DNA from: Candidatus Pacearchaeota archaeon
GTDB taxonomy: Archaea > Nanobdellota > Nanobdellia > Pacearchaeales > GW2011-AR1
Length of the DNA: 36,907 bases
NCBI GenBank assembly: GCA_002686355.1
Contig: NZBV01000018.1
Location: forward strand, 1-36,907
Direction of reading: 5' to 3'
The position numbers and the translations under genes were made by a program. Positions 33,323 through 36,907 of the stretch are shown in pieces. The first letter of the stretch is position 1. Every line of letters begins with the position of its first letter. The notes under the pieces were generated by a model, which did not search any database, was not told the origin of the DNA, and was given only the letters and a program-made list of their open reading frames with translations.

Positions 33323-34216
33323 CTATCTTCTAAAAAAGGCACAAAGTTTATCCAAACCAATTTTAGCCCTATGTGTGACAATTTCCCTATAGGGCAACCT
33401 GCCTTTTTTTAAATCTTCCAAATTAGCTAGATACATCTGCTGATTGAGATTCTCTAAATAATTTTCAAAACTATCTGTTTTGAGAGGGGCCATTCTCGTT
33501 GAGCTGGAACCTATAGATTTAATACTATATCCTCCACTCCCAGCTAAACATCCTGGAGCAGGCATCTCTCCAAAAATTTCTTTATACATTCTTTCACAAA
33601 ACTTGTTTGTTTTTCTTGGCTTTGAACTTGAATAAATCTTAATACCATTAAAGTCTTCTAAAACTTCATTATTTTCTCTCACAATTTTTTCAAAAGATTT
33701 TGGGCAAGAAGTGGCATTTAAGATAATTGGCAATTTTCTTTTCTGTGCTTCTTTGATATTTGGCATGGCATCTTGATTCTCAGGAAAATTTTCACCATAA
33801 GGGAGTCCTAAAACATCGCAAACAATTTCGGTGCTCTCGCCATTAGGCAAAATATAATTTCCTGTAAACTCTTGCCCTTTCATAAGCCAAATCTTTCTCA
33901 AATCATCAATTAAAACACTCTTTTCTCCTAATGTTCTAACTTCCTCTGTTGCCAAATCTGCAACCATTTCATATCTCTTATCCGGCTCCCATTTACAGTA
34001 TTTTGGCTCTCTTGCATTTAAGATTACTGCCCCTCCTCCAGAACCAACTCCTCTTAAAACAGAATTAGCAATAGTTTTATAATTATTTCTAAGGCGTGTT
34101 TTAGTTGGATTAACTCTTTCTAGCTCCCAACCTAAATCTACTTGAATCTTTTTCCCAAATCCTACATCATTCATTCCAAATCCTATATCATCCATTTCAA
34201 ATCTTACACCATTCAT
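33323..34216 (-). CDS. Hypothetical protein with N-terminal 3x heptapeptide repeat (M-x-D/G-x-G/R-F-G/E). No family recognised.
   Basis: 297-aa ORF with normal composition, its own TATA-like box 25 nt upstream, and two Gly-rich loops (GVGSGGGAVILNA, CLAGSGGYSIKS). No motif I can assign. Confidence 0.6.
   Translation of the reverse strand: MNGVRFEMDDIGFGMNDVGFGKKIQVDLGWELERVNPTKTRLRNNYKTIANSVLRGVGSGGGAVILNAREPKYCKWEPDKRYEMVADLATEEVRTLGEKSVLIDDLRKIWLMKGQEFTGNYILPNGESTEIVCDVLGLPYGENFPENQDAMPNIKEAQKRKLPIILNATSCPKSFEKIVRENNEVLEDFNGIKIYSSSKPRKTNKFCERMYKEIFGEMPAPGCLAGSGGYSIKSIGSSSTRMAPLKTDSFENYLENLNQQMYLANLEDLKKGRLPYREIVTHRAKIGLDKLCAFFRR
34154..34216 (-). repeat. Three tandem, in-frame 21-nt repeats at the 5' end of the orphan CDS
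   Basis: On the minus strand: ATGAATGGTGTAAGATTTGAA / ATGGATGATATAGGATTTGGA / ATGAATGATGTAGGATTTGGG. Units 2 and 3 differ at 3 of 21 positions and units 1 and 3 at 4 of 21; unit 1 is more diverged from unit 2. They encode MNGVRFE-MDDIGFG-MNDVGFG. Confidence 0.85.
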
Positions 34217-34237
34217 TTTCTTCGAGGTTTCTTAATC

Positions 34238-34244
34238 TTTTTAA
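34238..34244 (-). promoter_or_regulatory. TATA-box candidate for the orphan repeat protein gene
   Basis: TTAAAAA (minus strand) centred 25 nt upstream of ATG 34216. Confidence 0.35.
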
Positions 34245-34255
34245 GCATTTCCATA

Positions 34256-35647
34256 CTATTTGCCTAAACCCAAAAAAGCAATTCCTGCATTCAAATAGGC
34301 TTTCAATTTCTTTGGGCTGTTTAGATTTTTAAGAGCCTTGAAAAATATTTTTGGTCTAAAATAAAAACTTCTATAGGCTTTTTTTTGCATCTCTATTAAA
34401 AGTTCTTCACTTAATTCTCCATGGTTAAATATAACATTCCCATAGGCAATATAATCACGATAATTTTTTGGATAAATTTCCCCTTCTTTTTTTATGATTT
34501 TCCAGTAATCTGTATTAGGGAAAGGAATTGTTATATGAAATGTCGCAGTATCAATATCAAGGCTTTTTGCAAAATTTATTGTGTCCTCCATTGTTTGCTT
34601 ATTTTCTCCAAGATTTCCAAACATGAACAACCCCCTTGTTTCTATTCCTGCCTCCTTACACCATTTAACAGCTAACCTAACCTTATTAAGGTCTATGCTT
34701 TTTTTCATATTTTTTAAGATTTGTTCATTGCCTGATTCAATTCCCAATGAGACCATATAACATCCTGCTTTTTTCATTCTCCTTAACAATTCAGGTGTAA
34801 TCCTGTCAACCCTTATTCCGTTCGCACATCTCCAGCTCATTTTTTTATTTAAACCTTTTTCAATCATCATATCACAAAATTTTTCAACCCTGTCCATAAT
34901 TAGAGTAAAATTGTCGTCGACAAAATCCCAATCTTTAACACCTCTTTTATACAACTCTTCAACTTCTTGAATCATATTTTCCGGGCTTCTGAATCTAAAC
35001 TTCTTTCCATGAACAAGATGATCTGCACAAAAGATACACTGATAAGGACACCCCCGAGAACTTAAGATATAGTCGCTCGGTGTTTGTTTCGCGCCAACAC
35101 TAAAATACTTTTCCATCGGAAGAAGATCTCTTGCAGGAAAAGGAAGGTCATCCAATTTATCATTTAATTCTCTAGAAGGATTATGAATGATTTTTTCCTC
35201 TTCTCTGTATGATAATCCTTCTATTTTTGAGAGAGGTTTTTTTTGAATAAATTCAAGCATTGTAAATTCTCCTTCACCTCTCACCAAATAATCAAATCTA
35301 TCAAATTTTTCCAAAGTTTCCTGTGGCATTGAACTAGCATGAATCCCTCCAATAATAACTTTAATTTTCCTTGGGCAAAATTTTGCGATTTCATGAGCTT
35401 CTTCAATCAAACTTGTAGTAGCAGTTATTCCGACAACATCAGGAGAATATTCCATTATTTGTTTTTTTATCTGTTCATGATTAAAGTCATTAGCATTTGC
35501 CTCTAAAATTTTAACAGGAATTTTTCCCTTTTGTAAAACTGCTGCAATATATGCCAAACCAAGTGGAGGAAACACAGGGGTAATTTCTTTTTTTTGCGCA
35601 TAAGCATAAATGCTTCGATAATTTGGCTGGATCAACAAAACTTTCAT
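34256..35647 (-). CDS. B12-binding-domain radical SAM enzyme (class B) (rSAM-5)
   Basis: 463 aa. Motifs PPLGLAYIAAVL, VVGITATT, IIGGIHASSMPQE, LVRGEGEFT, LDDLPFPARD, SSRGCPYQCIFC. Confidence 0.85.
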   Translation of the reverse strand: MKVLLIQPNYRSIYAYAQKKEITPVFPPLGLAYIAAVLQKGKIPVKILEANANDFNHEQIKKQIMEYSPDVVGITATTSLIEEAHEIAKFCPRKIKVIIGGIHASSMPQETLEKFDRFDYLVRGEGEFTMLEFIQKKPLSKIEGLSYREEEKIIHNPSRELNDKLDDLPFPARDLLPMEKYFSVGAKQTPSDYILSSRGCPYQCIFCADHLVHGKKFRFRSPENMIQEVEELYKRGVKDWDFVDDNFTLIMDRVEKFCDMMIEKGLNKKMSWRCANGIRVDRITPELLRRMKKAGCYMVSLGIESGNEQILKNMKKSIDLNKVRLAVKWCKEAGIETRGLFMFGNLGENKQTMEDTINFAKSLDIDTATFHITIPFPNTDYWKIIKKEGEIYPKNYRDYIAYGNVIFNHGELSEELLIEMQKKAYRSFYFRPKIFFKALKNLNSPKKLKAYLNAGIAFLGLGK

Positions 35648-36907
35648 TTTATCTTTTGCAGATTATATTTATTTATAGTAAATCTATAAGCATGGTCTAA
35701 TTCTAGCCCATATTTTCTTTTATAATAGGTTAGAAACACTAATAAATCCCAGATAAAAAAGGGACCTCCTTTTAAAAATCCCTCATAAATATATTTCTTA
35801 ATTTGGTATAATCTTATCTTATTAATAATTTTTTTAATTTCATTACTTGAAGCAAATTTAGTTTTTACAACAGGATTGGTAAACATGTCTTGAAAATTTT
35901 CAAATCTTTCTTTCTCAATTAAATTTTCTTTTTCACAAATTTCTTTCATTTCTGTAGAAGGTAAGGGAATCAAAACAGGGAATAGAACATAATCTGCACC
36001 AGATTTTTTAGCCATATTAAAACTCTCTTCCATCATCTCAATATTTTCATAAGGAGCCCCAATAATAAATTGCAATCTTAATTGAAGATTATATTTTTTG
36101 ATTATTTTAATCGCATCAAAGATCTGTTTTTCACTCATATTCCTCTTATAAATACTATTTCGGATATAATCATTCCCTGCTTCTACACCCATTCTAACTT
36201 CATAACACCCTGCATTTTTCATAGCTCTGATTATTTCTTCTGTAACAAGATTAGCCCTCACATTTGCATTCCATTTTAATTTCTTATGGAAACCATTTTT
36301 CCTGAATTTTTCACAAAATTCTAGGACAAAATCCCTATCCATAATAAAGGTATCATCATAAAAGAAAAGGTATTTCATTCCTTTTTTGTGGTATTGATTC
36401 ACTCTCAATTTGATTTCCTCCATTAGATTATCTACACCTCTAAATCTCACATACTTTCCTTTCAATTCTTTTTTTAGGGCATGATTACTGCAATATGTAC
36501 ACCGATATGGACACCCTCTAGAAGCCATGATTGGGAGATGGTTATTACTTATCAAAAAATATCTTTCTAAATCAAAGTCATCCCATTCTGGAAATGGCAA
36601 ATAATCTAAGTCCTCAATAAGATTTCTCTGGCCATTTTTAATCACTTTATCGTCTTTTTTATACCAAATACCTTCGATGCCCTTACAGTTTAATTTTTTA
36701 TCCAAAAGTTCTTTTAAGACTTCTTCTCCTTCTCCAATGCAAATAATATCAACTTCTTCATTTTTTATGACTTCTTTAGAAGAAAGAATACAATGGACTC
36801 CGCCAAAAATTATTTTTACATCAAAATTTTTCTTGATGAGTTTTGCTATCTTAATTGCCTGAGTATAATTAAAACTTAAAACAGACAATCCCACGAGATC
36901 TGGCGTC
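35644..36907 (-). CDS. B12-binding-domain radical SAM enzyme (class B), 5'-truncated by the window end (rSAM-6)
   Basis: The frame stays open from the track's GTG (36894) to the window edge (...TPDLVGLSVLS). PDLVG(I/L)S normally lies about 60 aa into these proteins, so the N-terminus is missing. Other motifs: IFGGVHCILSSKE, ICIGEGEEV, LDYLPFPEW, ASRGCPYRCTYC. Confidence 0.85.
   Translation of the reverse strand, partial: TPDLVGLSVLSFNYTQAIKIAKLIKKNFDVKIIFGGVHCILSSKEVIKNEEVDIICIGEGEEVLKELLDKKLNCKGIEGIWYKKDDKVIKNGQRNLIEDLDYLPFPEWDDFDLERYFLISNNHLPIMASRGCPYRCTYCSNHALKKELKGKYVRFRGVDNLMEEIKLRVNQYHKKGMKYLFFYDDTFIMDRDFVLEFCEKFRKNGFHKKLKWNANVRANLVTEEIIRAMKNAGCYEVRMGVEAGNDYIRNSIYKRNMSEKQIFDAIKIIKKYNLQLRLQFIIGAPYENIEMMEESFNMAKKSGADYVLFPVLIPLPSTEMKEICEKENLIEKERFENFQDMFTNPVVKTKFASSNEIKKIINKIRLYQIKKYIYEGFLKGGPFFIWDLLVFLTYYKRKYGLELDHAYRFTINKYNLQKIK

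Noticed and set aside
806-36862. About 45 short ORFs (61-122 aa) in the six-frame track that lie inside or antisense to the large CDS. Examples are 806-1039, 1190-1384, 9519-9887, 15440-15784, 16973-17281, 26496-26798, 31251-31532 and 36082-36279.
   Set aside because: Each is fully nested in or antisense to a long ORF with clear family motifs. Their translations are low-complexity (Phe/Ile/Leu/Ser/Lys-rich), as expected for the reverse frames of AT-rich genes. None has a TATA box at the characteristic distance or any recognisable motif.
1-36907. Mobile elements, CRISPR arrays, tRNA/rRNA genes, prophage remnants or island boundaries.
   Set aside because: I recognised no transposase, integrase or recombinase motifs. 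Reading the intergenic regions by eye turned up no spaced direct-repeat array and no long inverted terminal repeats. Apart from the 114-nt divergent promoter gap at 8702-8815, which shows no RNA-gene features, no intergenic gap exceeds 100 nt, so there is no room for RNA genes. Visual inspection cannot exclude short or degenerate repeats.
1-36907. Bacterial (for example candidate phyla radiation) origin of the contig.
   Set aside because: It is disfavoured by the recurrent TATA-like octamer about 25-27 nt from start codons without SD sequences, by the aIF5A-like protein and by the RHH-rich compact layout. GT9, PseB and RfbH-type genes are typically bacterial. The assignment therefore stays provisional until marker genes are checked.

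Overview
AT-rich, very gene-dense window: 36 CDS, most intergenic gaps under 100 nt, and several convergent genes that share their stop codons. I saw no rRNA, tRNA, CRISPR array, transposase or integrase. It reads as a cell-surface glycan and lipid-linked sugar biosynthesis island. The host is most likely a small-genome archaeon (DPANN-like). The evidence is that TTTATAAA/TTTATATA-type boxes sit about 25-27 nt upstream of the start codon of nearly every first-in-operon gene, which fits archaeal TATA boxes and leaderless mRNAs. Some internal operon genes carry GAGGA Shine-Dalgarno sites instead, and a stand-alone aIF5A-like mini-protein is present. Recognisable content includes GalE, a Wzx-type flippase, a CE4/ArnD-like deacetylase and a PseB-type UDP-GlcNAc 4,6-dehydratase. 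There is also an E1/ColD-type (His-for-Lys) PMP sugar 3-dehydratase, an RmlD-like reductase and a UGM-like flavoenzyme. Transferases comprise GT4 x2, GT2, GT9 and two GT-C membrane proteins. Further genes encode a UbiA-family polyprenyl-phosphate phosphoribosyltransferase-like protein, a PAP2 phosphatase, two extended SDRs, a D-2-hydroxyacid dehydrogenase and a PAPS-reductase/CysD-family PP-loop protein. The rest are a ribbon-helix-helix regulator, a Thr-type alkaline-phosphatase/sulfatase-superfamily enzyme, a QueC-like protein, a nucleoside 2-deoxyribosyltransferase, a SAM methyltransferase and an orphan protein with an N-terminal triple 21-nt repeat. The outstanding feature is seven radical SAM enzymes interleaved with the glycan genes in five transcription units. 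Six are paralogous B12-binding-domain (class B) enzymes and one is SPASM-type. I regard this radical-SAM-saturated glycan or carrier-lipid tailoring island as the best candidate for an undescribed system. A DPA-like polyprenyl-phosphate-pentose donor module is the second candidate. All family calls come from motif reading and memory of reference sequences. No searches were run.
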